Source: Lama guanicoe
Lineage: Eukaryota
DNA length: 64,000 nucleotides
NCBI GenBank assembly: GCA_013239625.1
Contig: MU053493.1
Span: 1,063,793 to 1,127,792, forward strand
Direction of reading: 5' to 3'
Part shown: positions 1 to 13,851 of the stretch, in pieces
How positions within the stretch are numbered: position 1 is the first letter of the stretch
Layout of the letters: each line of letters begins with the position of its first letter
Made by a program: the position numbers and the translations under genes
The notes under the pieces: generated by a model
What the model was told of the DNA's origin: nothing
Database searches by the model: none
What the model saw: only the letters and a program-made list of their open reading frames with translations

Positions 1-110
1 TCTTCTCTTTCAGTCCATATTTTCTCTCACTTGGTCTTTTCTACAATAAAATCCTTGCACTTCTCATTCTACCTCAGCACATGCTTCTTGGAGGACCTGG
101 ACGAATGCAC
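1..110 (+). mobile_element. 3' end of an old ERVL-type LTR (LTR16-like)
   Basis: AATAAA followed by 'ccttgcac...tgcttcttggaggacctg', resembling ERVL LTR ends; cut by the window edge. Confidence 0.45.
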
Positions 111-119
111 TGCATCATT

Positions 120-1700
120 CTAAGCTCAGAGAGTTACACTCCTTTGATGTGTTTCCATCCATCTAAGGCATCACCCTTACCAATGCTCAAACTGTCCTAT
201 CTTTGGTGAGTGGGAGGTTCTCCAGCTTGACCCCCAAGTCTTTTTAACAGCACCCCAACCAGTCTTTGACAATGCCCTTGCTCCTTGTTCCAACAAGGTA
301 TTCTAAGCTCATCTGCTCATCTTCTCCTTTTCCTGCCCCAGACCTAGAATTAACCATTTCTATAAGAAACCCTGGTATCTTTTAGTTGTAAATGTTATTT
401 TTCGGCTTGTTCAATGAACATATTTAGGATATCTATCTATCGACCTACCTATCTATCCATCTATCTATAGCTATGATAAAATGCTTCGAGTTCAAATTCA
501 AGGTCACAGGATGTTTACTTAGGATTTTGTCTTACATTTTCAGTTCCTAGGAAACCTGGTTCTCAAAAGCACTGGAGATAATCAAATTAGAATATCACAC
601 ATGTACTTGAAAGAAATATTGAGAAGAGCAATACCAACACTGTCACCAAGATGATTACAGAAAACATTTTAAAAATTGCTTTTTTGTGTATGTTTTTTCC
701 ATTTTCTCTTCCCTTTAAAAAGTTCTACTGCATGTACATTGTCAAAGTCTATAGCTATAATATGTTATACTTTCTCCCTAGAATCTCATATTTAATCTTA
801 GTTCTACATGTAATAATAATAATGCATGCCACCAGGATTTATGCCAATATCTCTCCAGCAACATTCACTATCTAAAGATCATTCTCTGGTACATTCCTAG
901 GAAAGGACTCATGGAAAATATTCCTTAGGTTTTTGCATATTGATGACAGTTTGTTCCCTGTATACTTGAAAGTCAGTTTGTGGTGTATATAAGATCATTG
1001 GCTGATTTTCTGAGTATCTTTAAATATGTTATTCCTTCATTCCTGGCATGAGGTGCTAATCTTGAAAGGTCTGGTAATAATCTAACTTTCTTTCTGTTTT
1101 ATGTCACTTTTTTTTCTATATTCGTTTTCTCCTGGCTATAAAGGATATTTCTTTTTCTCTAAAGTCTAAAACGTTATCTATGTGCTGATTGGTTGTTCTC
1201 GGTTGGCTTTCCCAGGTAGGCAGTATATCCGTTCATTCTACAGTTTTAAATCTTATGTTAAAAATGTGTTTTAAGTACAGTCCTTGGTATTTGTTTTTAG
1301 TCCCTTATTTCAGTTTTTCTTCTTGGATCCGCACGTTGTGTTTTTTGTGGTGGTGGTAGTGGTCTTTTCTATTATCACTGTAACTCAAATGCTTTTCATA
1401 TTTTCTTTTAAAAATTTTTAAACCATCCTCTTCTTTTTCCATTCCTTCTAAGACAAAACCTGTTATGTTTATTTGTGCTGTGTCTATATATACGATGGGG
1501 TTTCAAAAACATTTTTACACAGAGACTTATGAATTTAAGGAAGAATATATGCTCTTTCATCCTTTGTAGTATTGTCTTAATCATTTAAAAAATTAGGATA
1601 TAGATTTCATCACTTTTTATCTGTTTGGTCCTTTTATCAAAATGTCTTTCTGGTAAGCTTTTGATTTCTTTTCTCTATATAAACATGAAATTTAGTTCTT
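120..1700 (-). mobile_element. Degraded ancient L1M fragments
   Basis: T-rich, L1-like antisense text such as 'tatacttgaaagtcagtttg...tataagatcattggctg'; no intact ORF. Confidence 0.5.
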
Positions 1701-1761
1701 CCAAACTTTCACAGTGGAGGCATGATTTAAAATGTTGTCTCATATCACGGCTCCCAAATAC

Positions 1762-2298
1762 TGTGGTGGCTTTTCACATGTTTACCTGACAAGGCCAGAC
1801 TGTCTTTCCTAGAATTCCCCTCACTGTATTATTCTGGTTAGAGTGAGGGGAGTCTGGGCGGAGATTGAGAAGGAGGAAAAGATTCAAGAACCAAACAGTG
1901 GCATACACGTGTTGTTGCCGATGTGACATCTCACCTCGCTCCGGGTGAGGCTGAGGCCAAGGCCTCTTCTCCCCGGATGCTCCTTCAGCTTCAACTCTTG
2001 CTCCGTGAAAAGGGCCCTGGCTTCTGCAGGACCCCTGACCACCATTTTCAAAGGCAACGAAGTCTGCACGGGTCTCAGCCCCTCCCGGCCAGGGTCCAGT
2101 GTGTCTTGTGAGTTCCAGCCAGTGCTTTCTCTCCCCAACTACACATGCATCCTCCCTCCCTGACTGCCCGCCCGGCAAACCTCAGACCTGACTTACAAAG
2201 GCTGCTTAACCAGCTCCCAGCGTTTATCTCACACAACTACGCACACACACACACACCCTAGTGGTTGTGCTTCTTTTGCGGAATCTTGACTGCTGGTG
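1762..2298 (+). mobile_element. ERVL solo LTR (MLT2-like)
   Basis: Starts 'tgtggtggcttt...ttcctagaattcccc'; ends with a (CA)n run then 'tagtggttgtgcttct...tgactg', typical of MLT2-type LTR termini. Confidence 0.55.
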
Positions 2299-2640
2299 CA
2301 AGTAACCCCTTTGGTGGTTTCTGAGAAGAGTTAGAAAGTGTAGCATTGGGTGTCCTGGTTCCAACTGTTCCCCTGCCCCATCTATATCTGGACTCATTTT
2401 CCTTTTCTGCTTTTGTCCCTGTTTAACTCAGTTTGGACTCTGTTCTTAGCCGTTTCCTCTCAGTGGTGCTTTGTCTTGGAAGGGAGGTTTGCTTATTATT
2501 CCTGGGAGTTTGTAGGACCCAGTCTGCTCTGACCCTTTAGACCTTACTGAGACCCTCTTGCCCTCACTAAGAAAAGCCCTCCCAATTCAGCTGCTTTCAA
2601 AAGGTGGCTTGCTGGAATTTCCAGAAAATAACCCTGTTAG

Positions 2641-3185
2641 CAAGGCTTGCCACATATTTAGAGGCTCAGTGCAAAATGAAGATGTAGGACCCTTACTCCA
2701 AAAAAATTGTTTTAAGAGTTTTTTTTTTTCCTTCTGTAGTCTCTCTCCCAATTCGTCATGGTGGTTTTTATCGGATATTTTATGCTGTAATTGCTTGAGC
2801 CCAAGGGTACTTGGAGGGGAGTGAGATCCTCACAAGTACCTGGGGCCCAAGTCCATGATTCACTAGTGCACAAACCCAACCCCAGACTCCCTTGTGCCAG
2901 GTCCCTACTGGGGTAGAGGGTGGTTGCAGTCTTGGGGCAGATGTGGAAAAGCAGACCTCTGAGGACCGTTACTGGGGAGGCAGGGAAGAGGTGAGAAGCA
3001 CGACCACATGTGAGCTGAGTCTCCAAGCCCCCATTGCACATTCCCTTGTCTCATGGTAAAAATTCAAAAAGTCTTACACATTTCAAGACGGCAACTGTGG
3101 ATCATTAACCTCCAAATGTGAGCCCCTTTCTGAGTGTGGGACCCTGTATGACAGCACTAATCACATGCCCATGAGGTTAGCTCTG
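2641..3185 (-). mobile_element. hAT DNA transposon relic (MER45-like)
   Basis: Reverse complement begins 'cagagctaacctcatgggcatgtg...cactcagaaagggg...gttgccgtcttgaaat', matching the MER45 terminus as I recall it. Confidence 0.65.
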
Positions 3186-3415
3186 CCTGGTGGCTACACT
3201 GAAGGTCTCAGCCTCACAGACACCCGGTGTTTCCTTCTGCTGAAGCTGCAGTTGTCTTTTGGAAGCCAATGGTTCACTGTACCTCCTTGTATTCTGGGGT
3301 TCTTAGGAATCCTAGGTTATCTAGCTTCATTATAGAAGTTATCTATAGAATTTGGAGTTCACTATCTCCATTTCTGTGCGTTCACCAGGGATTTGGAGAG
3401 ATTCAGAAATAATAC

Positions 3416-3926
3416 TGTGAGGGTATAAGAGGGAAGAACAAATCTGACTCCATATTAGATCTGTCCTTTGGCTCTAACCCTGTGCTGTTTCCCATGATGA
3501 GTCAGGCTGGTTCTGCACCTTTTGGAAAAGAATGTTTCCTAGAGCCTGAAATAGACAGGAAAGCCCATTCTCAAGGCTCTGACCTTTAAGGGTGTAACAC
3601 TTTCCCATTCATATCGAGATAAAAAAATTACAGAACAGAGAGTAACATTTGTCTTGGAGGTTTACAGGAACATCGTGACCTGACCTACGTGGACGGATGA
3701 AAGAACAAAGGATTCTGACACAAGAAGTTTGTAACAACCTACCACACCTCCTCCCCCTTTTTAGTATAAAGTAGCCTGAATTCTGACTTGAGTAAGATGG
3801 TTCTCTAGAACATTAGTCCCTCTTCTTCTCAGTTTACTGGCATTCCAAATAAAGTCACTATTCCTTGCCCCCACACCCAGTCTTCCAATTTATTGGTCTG
3901 TCGTGTGGCTAGCAGAACAAGTAACA
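3416..3926 (+). mobile_element. ERV1-type solo LTR
   Basis: TGT...AACA termini; TATAAA near 3765; AATAAA near 3848; 4-bp TSD 'atac' at 3412-3415 and again at 4085-4088, after the adjoining SINE. Confidence 0.8.
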
Positions 3927-4080
3927 GGAGGTGGATATAGCTCAGTGGTAGAGTGCATGCTTAGCATGCGTGAGGTCCTGGGTTCAATCCCCAGTACTTT
4001 CATTTAAATAAATAAACAGACAGATAAATAAATAAGTAAACCTAATTACCTACCCGCCTCCAAAACAAAACAAAAACATA
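3927..4080 (+). mobile_element. Vic-1-type tRNA-Ala-derived SINE
   Basis: A box 'tagctcagtgg', B box 'ggttcaatcc', AGC anticodon arm, (AAAT)n spacer, 'cctaattacc', C-rich run, A-rich tail. Confidence 0.9.
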
Positions 4081-4179
4081 AACAATACCACTACATGCAG
4101 GAATTTAACTGCATGTAAAATTTTATTATCATAGTTGCTTACATTCAACCCTTCTGAAGACATTTTCCATAGGGTTCTA

Positions 4180-4830
4180 CTGGACAGAGGTGGGATACGG
4201 TTCCCACTAGGCCTTCACTGGCTCCACCCTGGCTTGGAGCAGGAAGAACTCTCCGGGACTGTCAGGTGGGCGATGCCCACTACTGCTGCATCAGGGTGGA
4301 AGTCCAGGACCCCCACATGGCCCCCACTGACACTGTGAAATGAGGGGTGCCAGTACCATAAGTGGGAATGAAAGTCCCAACTCCCTACTTCTATGGTTTG
4401 GTGGGAAGGAGGCGATGGACTCCAGCAGCACCCAGGCACAGTCAGAGCAGAAGTTGAGGCTCCCCCAGCCCTTGCTGATGAGATGGGCACAGGGAAGTTA
4501 TTCTCTATAACTTTCCTGTATGGCTAGGTTGCTTCTTTCCTGGTCCATTGTCTAGAGAGAGCAGGCCTTTATGGAGACTTTTCTGTCTGCACCAGCTGGC
4601 GGTCCTCAAATGCTGGCTGCTCCAGTATCCAGTCTGGGCTGTGTGAGGCAGGAAGAAAGCCTAGGGACATCACTTCTGCACTCCTCCTCTGTCCGAGGGT
4701 CCCCAGCTGACCTGCTTTTTGCTCTCTGCCTTTCAGAACCTTGTCTGTTTTGTGTGTTACGTTCGGAGCTTTAGCTGTACTTAGTTGGAGGAACAGGGGA
4801 GAGTGCATCTATTCCATTTTGGTCCAAAAC
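4180..4830 (-). mobile_element. 5' region of an ancient L1M
   Basis: Ends 'tgtacttagttggaggaacaggg...tctattccattttgg', a pattern typical of antisense L1M 5' ends. Confidence 0.5.
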
Positions 4831-6154
4831 AGATTGTCCGTCCCACTTATTTTCATGATGCAATTATTTTAATTGTTTTCAGTGAATATATGTTCCATTT
4901 ATTGATATTTTGTGAGAAGAAGGTTGACCTTCCTAGCGTTAGAATTTCTTATATGTTTTGACATTTTGTTTTGAAAAACTTCCCCCCACCCCCGCTTCTC
5001 TCCTTATACTATTAACCCTAACAATTTTGCAATTTCCAATCCCAACATCTTTGGCACCGTCAATCTAAAACTATGTCTTACTTAGTGAGTCGCATTTCAT
5101 GTTTCTCAATGAAACTGGGGGCTCTGCACATGCTTCCCAATGTCAGCAGAAAGCTAGGCCTAAGTTAGGGTCCCCTGGCTGGACCTGTGCTCCCCAGCTG
5201 TCCCAGGCAGAGCCTCCTTCCCCCATCCTTCATAAGCAGGGAGGCTGTAGGCAGATTCTCATTTTAAATGAAAGGATGGCTCACTCCCCACTTTCCCTGG
5301 GAGCCAGAGGCTTCTCTAGGTGCCTCAGCTTCTGTTTTTCTAAGTTTCTGAGCCACGAATATGGTTTTCCTATCTTGCAGCATAGTTGCACACTTTTAGG
5401 CTTTTATTTCCATGTGTATTTTATCTACATGAGTGGATAAAAGGAAGACTTCAAAACAAGGGCTTTCAATGCTGGTATAGATAGTGAGATTGATGTTCAG
5501 ATTTCACAGTTAGCCTACCACATCAGTGATGACTAAGAATTCTGATGAAATCAAAGTCTGGTGGGGAGGGGTTTTGGAAAAGATGCACTCCCATATGCTA
5601 TTGTTGGGAGTATAAATGGTGCAGCTGTTTAGGAAAGCAATTTGGAAATATCTCTCAAAGTTTTAATTAGCATCCTATTTAATATAATAATTTCATATTT
5701 TATCTTACAGGATATAGTGTGCAATATATACATTTAAAATATTTGTTACAGAATTGTTTATATTAACAAAAAAGAACTACAGATTCCTTAAAAGCCAATC
5801 ATCGAGAGACAGGTTGAACAGAGGATGACCTACCCACAAACTAGAGTACTAAGCAGCCTTAAAAAGAATAGGATAGAGATGTGCTTACAGATGAAGGAAT
5901 ATTTACAAAGGAGCTACACAGTAGAAGTGACTAGTTGATATAATATGACCTCATTTGGGTAAGACAGTTCTGGAAGCCAGTCAGGTGACTGACAGCAAGC
6001 ATTAATGAAGATCATGTAAGACCATATATCTATGAATATATATATAAAACCATATAAGGTCAATAAGATGGATTTTCACATTGTATCCTTCCATACTGTT
6101 TGCAGTTTTATTGACAGATCCTTAATGATACTTTTATTTTTAGAAACTAGACCT

Positions 6155-6930
6155 TATTTCTGGTGGGAATGTAAAATGGTACCACTACTCTAGAAAGTAG
6201 TTTGGCAGTTCCTTATAAAACTAAGCATATGATTAGCACATGATCCAGCAACTGCACTCGGGCATTTATCCCAAAGGAATAAAAACTCATGTTCACACAA
6301 AAACCTTACATGCATGTTGGTATTAACTTTATTTTCAAAGCCCAAAACTAGAAACCACACAGATACCCTTCAGCGAATAAATAGTTAAATAAACTGTGGT
6401 ACATCCATTCCATGGATGACCACGCAGCAACAGAAAGGAACAACCCATTGGTAAACTTGCAACAACCTGGATAGATCCCAAGGGAATTATGCTAAGTCTT
6501 AAAAAGCCAATCCCCAAAGGCTACATGCTGCATTGTTCCATTTATAATTCATTCTTTAAGTGACAAAACTGTAGAAATGGAAAACATACTTAGTGCCTGG
6601 GGTCAGGGATGGGGGTACAAAAGGGCAACTTGAATGACCCTTGTGATGCAGGAACTGTTCTGTATCTTGACTGTAGTGGTGGATGCGTGAATCTACACGT
6701 GATAAAACTGCATATGACTAAACATACACACACATAAATGAGTGCGCGTGTATGACGGGGAATTATGAGTAAGGTAGGTGGACGATATCAGCGTCTGCTT
6801 GTGATGATGTAATATAGCTTTTCTAGATGTTACCATTTGGGGAAACTGGGCAAAAGATACGCAGGATCTCTCTCTATTATTTCTTACAATGCATGTGAAT
6901 ATTCAATCTCAAAATAAAAAGATTAATTAG
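6155..6930 (+). mobile_element. L1MC-like 3' end (ORF2 tail plus 3'UTR)
   Basis: 'ggtgggaatgtaaaatggtacc...tgatccagcaactgcactc', ending 'tctcaaaataaaaag'. Confidence 0.75.
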
Positions 6931-9149
6931 AAACAAACAGTCTTTAGAGTGATTCTTTTTCTCTATAAATATCTCATGAGTTGTTTTGATTAGGTTGTCT
7001 TAAATATACTCCAGACTTTGTTTCTGTTGTAAATTGAATAGTACTGTCTGTTTCATTTTCTTAATAGTTATTGTTGAGAGGAATATAATTCATTTTTATG
7101 TGCTGATCTCCTACCTGGGAATTTTGCTGTCTTCTTTTATTTATTCTTCTAGCCTATTTGGTCATCTCTCTATGAGTTTTCAGTTTTTTGGTAATATATT
7201 GAGAAGACCATGTGATTTTCTTCTTTACTGCCTTATAGTTGTAAATTGCACTGGTAGATTTTCTGACAATGACATAATCTGATGTTGAATCTTTTCTGAC
7301 AGCATTCTTGCTTTCCTGGGATAATGACAGAATCATTTTGTTTTGATTTATTAATTTAAAAATGCACTCAAGTTTAATTAGCTACCATTCTATTTCTCAT
7401 TTCTGAATGAATGTTCACCCATGAAATCAGTCTGTCATTTTCCTTCCTTGATATTTGTTTGCTCTATTGGTACCAAGGTTATTAAATGACTTTGTAAATG
7501 AGTTTGGAAGCTTATCTTCAAGTTCCATTTTCTGCAACAGATTGTGTAAAATAGGGGTTACATATATTTTGAGAGTTTGGACAATTTTCCTATGTAATAA
7601 GTCTCAGTCTACAAGGAGAGAATTTGATCATGATTTCAGTATTTTTATTTGTTATTGGTCTTCACATTTTTTCTCTCTTCTGACCCCAAACTTTAAAGCT
7701 TTTTCAGAAAATTTCCCACTCCATCTAGGTTTTTATATTTAGTCCTCTATAGTTTTCATAGTATTCTCGCCAATGAATTTGAAATTAAATTGCTTTTTAA
7801 ATTTATATCAAGCAAATACTTCACTCTCTAGTAAAGAAGGGTAAATCTGCCAATACTTTATAACCCCTAATAATTTCCCATTTTCCCCCAAGGCTCTTCC
7901 CATGGTATCTTCAGTCTGATTTAGTCATGTTCTTATCCCATTGTCATCCTGGAGTCTTCTCTTACTGTCATACTAAGAATTCTTTTTGCTTGTTTTCTGA
8001 ATTAGTGAAGTTTTCTTAAATTTCATACTTTCTTCCTTCTTTTATTCCTGCCACATTTTAGAACAAACCCTTCTAAGAAAGAGTACATGGCAATCACACT
8101 GTGAGACCTTACTTTCTGAAAGTATCTTTGCTATTTCCTTATCTGAAGTTAACTGACCAGCGTGCATAGAAGTCTGGATTGGAAGTCATTTTTCTTTAGG
8201 AAGGTGGTGGCATTGTTTATTGTCTGAGATAATTTTGATGACTCATCCCCTATACTCATCATTTTGTGTCCAGATTGTTGTCATCTTCCCACAATGCTCT
8301 GAAATATCAGTGGTTAGTTTCTTGTGATTGCTTTTCCTACATTGTGTCCAGTGTATAGTGGGAACTTTCCATCTGGAGACTCAGACCCTAAAATTCTGAG
8401 ACGTCTTGTATTATTTCATTGTTATTGCTCTTTTTTCCTTTTCATCTGTTCCCATTTTTTGCAACTCCAATTATTTGCATGTTGGCCCTCCCAGATGGAT
8501 CTTTTTCCTTCTTGCAGTTCATCCGTTTGTTGTTTTGCTCTACATTCTTGCAGGATAATTCCACTTCATCTTCCAGCATTTTTATTGAATATGTTGTTTT
8601 TCCCATCATAGTTTTGGTTTCCAACAATGTTTATTCTCTGGCAGGAGCCTGTTTTTTTTTTCATGCATGCAGTATCTTCTGTCATATTCATTGGCTTCAC
8701 TCCTCATAGGCATTTAGCTCCCACTGGACTGGTAACTCTGACACCATTAGTCCTTCTACCTTGCCACTTTTAAAGGTTTCTAACATCTATTAATTGATGT
8801 CATCTCATTTGCTTTGTCCCTCTGCACATGTTTTTGCTCTTTATTCTGATTTCAGTAGAATTTTGAATGTAAACTCAATCTGCCATGTTTAAAAGAAAAT
8901 TCCTTTAATTAAAAAACCCTCTAGTATATTTATGTTAATTTTCCCTCATTTGATGTTCTATTTATTTGCATATTTAGTTTTTTTGGAATAAACCAGAAAT
9001 GAGTCTATAAAATCAGCTTCTTTCTAATAGCCAGGCTTTATGGTATAATCATTTTCTTAAGGAAAATCAATAAACTGATTTTAGAAATGCATAACCTACT
9101 AAACCAATTCTGAAAATGAATCCCAATTCTCCTACCTTAAAATAGCACA

Positions 9150-10300
9150 CATTTTTAAAATTCTTTAATAAAAAATAATGTGCTACTAACATAGAAGCAG
9201 TGAAACAGCCTAGACAGTCCAGACAGAGCCACATATGTAATTAGGGATATGGAATAGGATGCTGGTTACATACCCATCAGTGAGGATGTGTTTTCACTTA
9301 GTAAACGGTGTTGGGTAAACAAGCTATAAAGAGAAAGAAAGCTGGATTCCTACCTTACACCATACACACACACACACACACATACACACAAAATAGCACT
9401 TAATAGGTTAAAGTTCTATTTTTTAAAAGTAAGTTTATTAAGCTAACAGGAGAAGGTACAGAATGCTTCTGTAAACTCAGATGTAGAAGTTTCTCTTATC
9501 TAAGACCCAAAAATCACACATAGAAACCGACTAATGGACTTGACCCATTCAGAATTTGTGATTTCTGTTCAGCAAAGATAAACTTAACATATAAGAGGCA
9601 GGTGGAATTCTACTCTTTCCTAGAATATATCTAGAATCTGCAATCTAAAATATGCAAAGTCTCTAGAATATACAAGAACTCCTACAAATCATCATGGAAA
9701 GGACCAAAAATACAACTGGTGAAAAAAAAAATGGGCAAGACACATGAGGAAGCTTTTCAAGTGGAACATCAGACAGAATACCTGCAGAATACTGAGTGAG
9801 TATATGCTTAACCTCACTAATATTATGAGATATTCATATTTAAACATCATATTACTGCCTTTATACCAGACTGGCAAAAAATTAGAAAATTTGATAGTGT
9901 TAAATGATATTGAAGACTTGGGGGAAATGGGAACCGTTGTTTACTTTGGGAACTGAAAACTGGTGGAATTATTCTGGAGGGCAATCGGGTAAAATTAGTA
10001 TGCGGACAGCTTCTGAACCAGCAATCTTTTTTCCAGAGTATGCACCCTGAAGAAAGTCTCAGCGGTGTGCACAAAGAGACTGATACAAGGTAATTCATCC
10101 TTGGTTATGAGGGCAAGCAGCTGGAGATCATCTGCAATGAGCCCTCCTTAAAGAAATTGATGGCAATGTGTGTGTACAATTGTAGAACTCTCAGCAGCAC
10201 TCAAAATTAGATGTACATATATCAACATGTATGGTTAATTAAAAAACACACTCTGCATTAATCACATACACACAATTACACCGCATGTATTTTTAAGTGA
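9150..10300 (+). mobile_element. Degraded L1M (L1ME-like) ORF2 3' part
   Basis: A-rich L1 ORF2-like text ('agaatatacaagaactcctacaaatc', 'aaaatgggcaagacacatg'). Confidence 0.6.
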
Positions 10301-11019
10301 ATGAATGGACTTCAGGTACAATGTGTATACATTGTGAAGGTTAGGGTTGGGAGTGGAATGATAGTGGGGTTGACAAATGGGGGGGAACACCAATAACTGA
10401 CATAAATAAAGAATGAATGAATGAAGTAACACAAAAGGGACTTTGCAGAGAAGACTGATGGTGAGTGGTGAGTGTGCAATAGGATAAAGAATATGGTTGG
10501 ATTAATTTTGTGTGTCTGTGGTCTAAAAACTAAAACTAATTAAAAATTAAGATGCCAGTGATTGAAAAGTCATCTCCAGAGAAAGTCACAGTGGGGAGTT
10601 GGGGGAAATAGTTACAGAGGTGACTGTTCTTTTCAGGACGACAGTAATCTTGCCACCCTACTGAACATTACTATATAATATGACAGAAAATCTATCAGGG
10701 GGAAACAAGGCTGTGACCTTTTAGTGATCTTCCAGGGAAAAACGTTTTTCTATATTCCATTAGCACTGAGATTGATGATTCAGGTTTAAAGTATAGGATC
10801 TTTGATCATGTGCGTGGGTTACATAAGGGACTTGAGATTGATGGTGGACAACTGGGTGCCCAGCTCCAACCAGCTTGTGCTCCACCTACAGCAGAACCGG
10901 TTGCTGATTGAAGAGCCCTTATTGTGCTGTGTCACATTGCAGTGTCACAGCGAGGACAAAGACACAGGAAAATGAAGTGCCTGACTAAGTCCATGTTGGA
11001 AATAATACGGTGAAGCCCT

Positions 11020-11190
11020 GGTGTGTGCCAGGGGCTTAGGTGGGCTTTGTTAATTAGTCTTCATGACAAACACAATAGGCACGTATTCTTTTTTATTTTA
11101 CAGATGAGATCAAGAGAGGTGATGTAAATTGCACAAGGTTGACTGGTGAAAGCTAGCTGAGGTTCAAACCCAGACATGTCTGACTCTTTT
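11020..11190 (-). mobile_element. MIR SINE fragment
   Basis: 'attttacagatgag...ggttcaaacccagacatgtctgact', the MIR core. Confidence 0.65.
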
Positions 11191-12372
11191 CAAAATACAG
11201 CACTTTACCTTCATCTTTAAAATGTTAGCATTGCATTTCATTGTCCACATGGATTCACCCAACACTAAGAGTTTATCATCTTACTAGATATGTTGATCGT
11301 AGGGTTTCTCATTGCTTCTAAGATAAACTGTTATGATCATAGACCCTTCAGAGAGACAACCTCGGGTAGTCCATACCATGACCCCCACTCCCAGCCCACA
11401 CCTGTTGGGACTTGTGACGACCAGAAGGTAAAAACGTTCTGAAAGTCAGTGGCCTAAGGTGACTGAAGGTTATGCAGAGATCTTCCCTGGCATATATTAT
11501 GGACATCGATTGAGCAAGGCAGAGTCTTCTCTGGAATTCAAAGTAAGAGGCTTGGTAGCAATGAGCACCTTGACGGACGATGGGAAACTGATCCACGTAG
11601 AGAGGAAGGCACAAACAGCACCCACCTGAGTGATGGACCAGCAGAGCCCTGGTGTGGTCCCTGGATTCCTGCAGCTGACGCTGGAGCTGCCTTGGATTCG
11701 GGAAGCCCTTCTGTTCAAGACTTCCTGGCAGCTAGCCTGAAGTTTCTGACCTTGATGTGAGGCACAGTTGTTCAGTTTTTCCTGGCTTCTTGTGAAGACC
11801 CACCTCATAGCTAAGATTCCTGCTTCCCAATTCCCTCATTGGGTTTTTTAAGATATTCTCCCATTTCTGTGAGGTGGTGTGACCAAATCTGTTTGATAAA
11901 GGACAAGAGTGCAACTCAATTATTGTTTTGCTTTCTTAACTTCCTAGAAAGTGGCCTTCAAGTTTGACAAAGGAGACCCAGTCAAGTGTGAGAAGAGGTA
12001 TCAAGAAAGTGGGCTTCAAGCTTCAATTTCCAATAGCTTAAGCCATACATTGAGGGTGAGCCACGTGGCCCTAATGTGATATATGGAGACAAAGTTTGGA
12101 AGAGTGTGGTTCTGCCATAGAGGTGTCAGTGAACCAGGGTCCAGGGGTTGTGCTGGTTAGGGGACAGAAGTGGAGAAGGGGGCTGTGTGACATGAATGGG
12201 AGCCAGTGAAGGCTGGGATGACCCCTCAGGGTCTATGTGGGGAATGTACTCTGAGATCCATGTGGTTCAGATCAATTACGGTGGTGGCTCACACAGTTAG
12301 GAGGGTGAAAAGAGGCCATTCCAAGAGATCCAGCAGGAAATCAGATTAGCCAGGATGCTACTTTGATTGCAA

Positions 12373-12485
12373 GTGGATAACCAGCCACTCTGGTTTGCCT
12401 ATGACAGCAGAGTTTCCTGGGAAGTAGAATTTTCACGGCTAAAACCAGGAGAGTCCTGAGCAGACCAGGATACTTGGTCAACTCC
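12373..12485. mobile_element. hAT MITE (MER94-like)
   Basis: About 115 bp with degenerate terminal inverted repeats (ggataacca / tggtcaact) and internal 'gctaaaaccagg'. Confidence 0.55.
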
Positions 12486-12771
12486 AAAACTTGCAAAAGA
12501 TAGAAAGTCACTAGTTAAGCCAAAATAGATAATGTGTTGACTCACAAGGTCAAACCATGGGGTGGAGAGCTCTAAAACTGGATTTGAGAAGGCTCAGGAA
12601 ATGATTTTGCAGTTCAGAGATCTCCTGCCTTAAGCTTCCAGGATTTCACCTCTCTCAGCATGAGAAGATTTTTTAAAAACCCAAGCCCAGACTTCTCCCA
12701 GAGCTTCTGTTCTCATTTGTCTGAGTTTGGACTTTGGCTTCAGCAATTTTTTTTAAAAACCTCCTTTATTT

Positions 12772-12920
12772 TTATTTTATTGACGCGTCAATGTGTCAAT
12801 TTCTGAGGTACGGCACAATGTCTCAGTCACGCATATACATATATTCATTTTCATATTCTTTTTCATTAAAGGTTATCACAAGATATTGAACATAGTTCCC
12901 TATGCTATACAGCGGAAACT
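12772..12920 (-). mobile_element. Short 5'-truncated L1 3' end
   Basis: Homologous to 29735-29890; flanked by TSD-like 'aaaaacctcctttattt' and 'aaaagcttcctttattt'. Confidence 0.75.
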
Positions 12921-13830
12921 TAGAGGAAAAAAAGCTTCCTTTATTTGGCTCTTATTTAAAACCACTACTTTCCATGGATAACAGAATAGCCCGAGGTTCT
13001 CAAACTTGTCTTTCCATTGTAATCATCTGTTGGGTTTTTTAAAAATACCAACACCGGTGTCCCACCTCTCAGCAGATGTATCTAATCTGTAGACAAATTT
13101 GGGTTCCATCCTTAGATCCTCCCCTAGAACAGCACTGAGATTTGAGCAGGGGCTGAGTGAGAATTTACAGGTACATGGATCTACGGATAAGTCAGTAGGA
13201 GACCACTGGCAAACCCTGTGCTTTGCCAATTAGCTGATTGTCTGCTTTTGTTATTCTGCCAGGAGTGAGGGTGAGAGGGTGCAGGTGATTAGGACCTAGG
13301 AGATTTTGCAGGCTACTGGGATGCAACACTGACCAGACAGAGACTGAGTCATCCATGATCCCCACGCTGTCATGACCATCTATCAAGGCTTCTGACAGAT
13401 GAGCAGTTAATCTCCTGGATCTGCCATGTATCAACTGACCTTTAAGGGTAATACTATATACTGAAGACAATCTGTACAGCAGCTGGTATGTGGTTAATGC
13501 AAAATAAAATATTAGTGTTTCCCTCCTTCTCAACACTTTGAATATCTGAGTCCTCCCAGGGACTTCCTTTACTAATGGGATATTTCTATTGCAGCAGACA
13601 AGTAAGTGCTCTCAATCTGTACCTTCCCAGCTTGCTGTAGCATTCCCATACACACTTGTAAGACACGAGGACTCCGTAAGTCCTCATTTCTCAGAATTTG
13701 TGGGCTGGCAGTTACAGAATGTCTGAATCAAGGCTGACGTTTTCAGAGAGAATGACTATGGGATTCCGCAGTTGTGATTCTGATATTCTGCAACTGCAAA
13801 TCCAAGCCTGTCAGTGAACATAGTTTTCAA

Positions 13831-13851
13831 ATGTCATGACTCAGCATATTT
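13831..13851 (+). promoter_or_regulatory. Consensus ARE/NF-E2 (CNC-sMaf) motif
   Basis: ATGACTCAGCA (13836-13846) with an AT-rich 3' flank, in apparently unique DNA; motif match only. Confidence 0.35.

Noticed and set aside
3927..4002. tRNA-Ala(AGC) gene, here and at the five similar copies
   Set aside because: Each has the SINE tail and scattered substitutions, and several have TSDs; they are retroposed SINE heads
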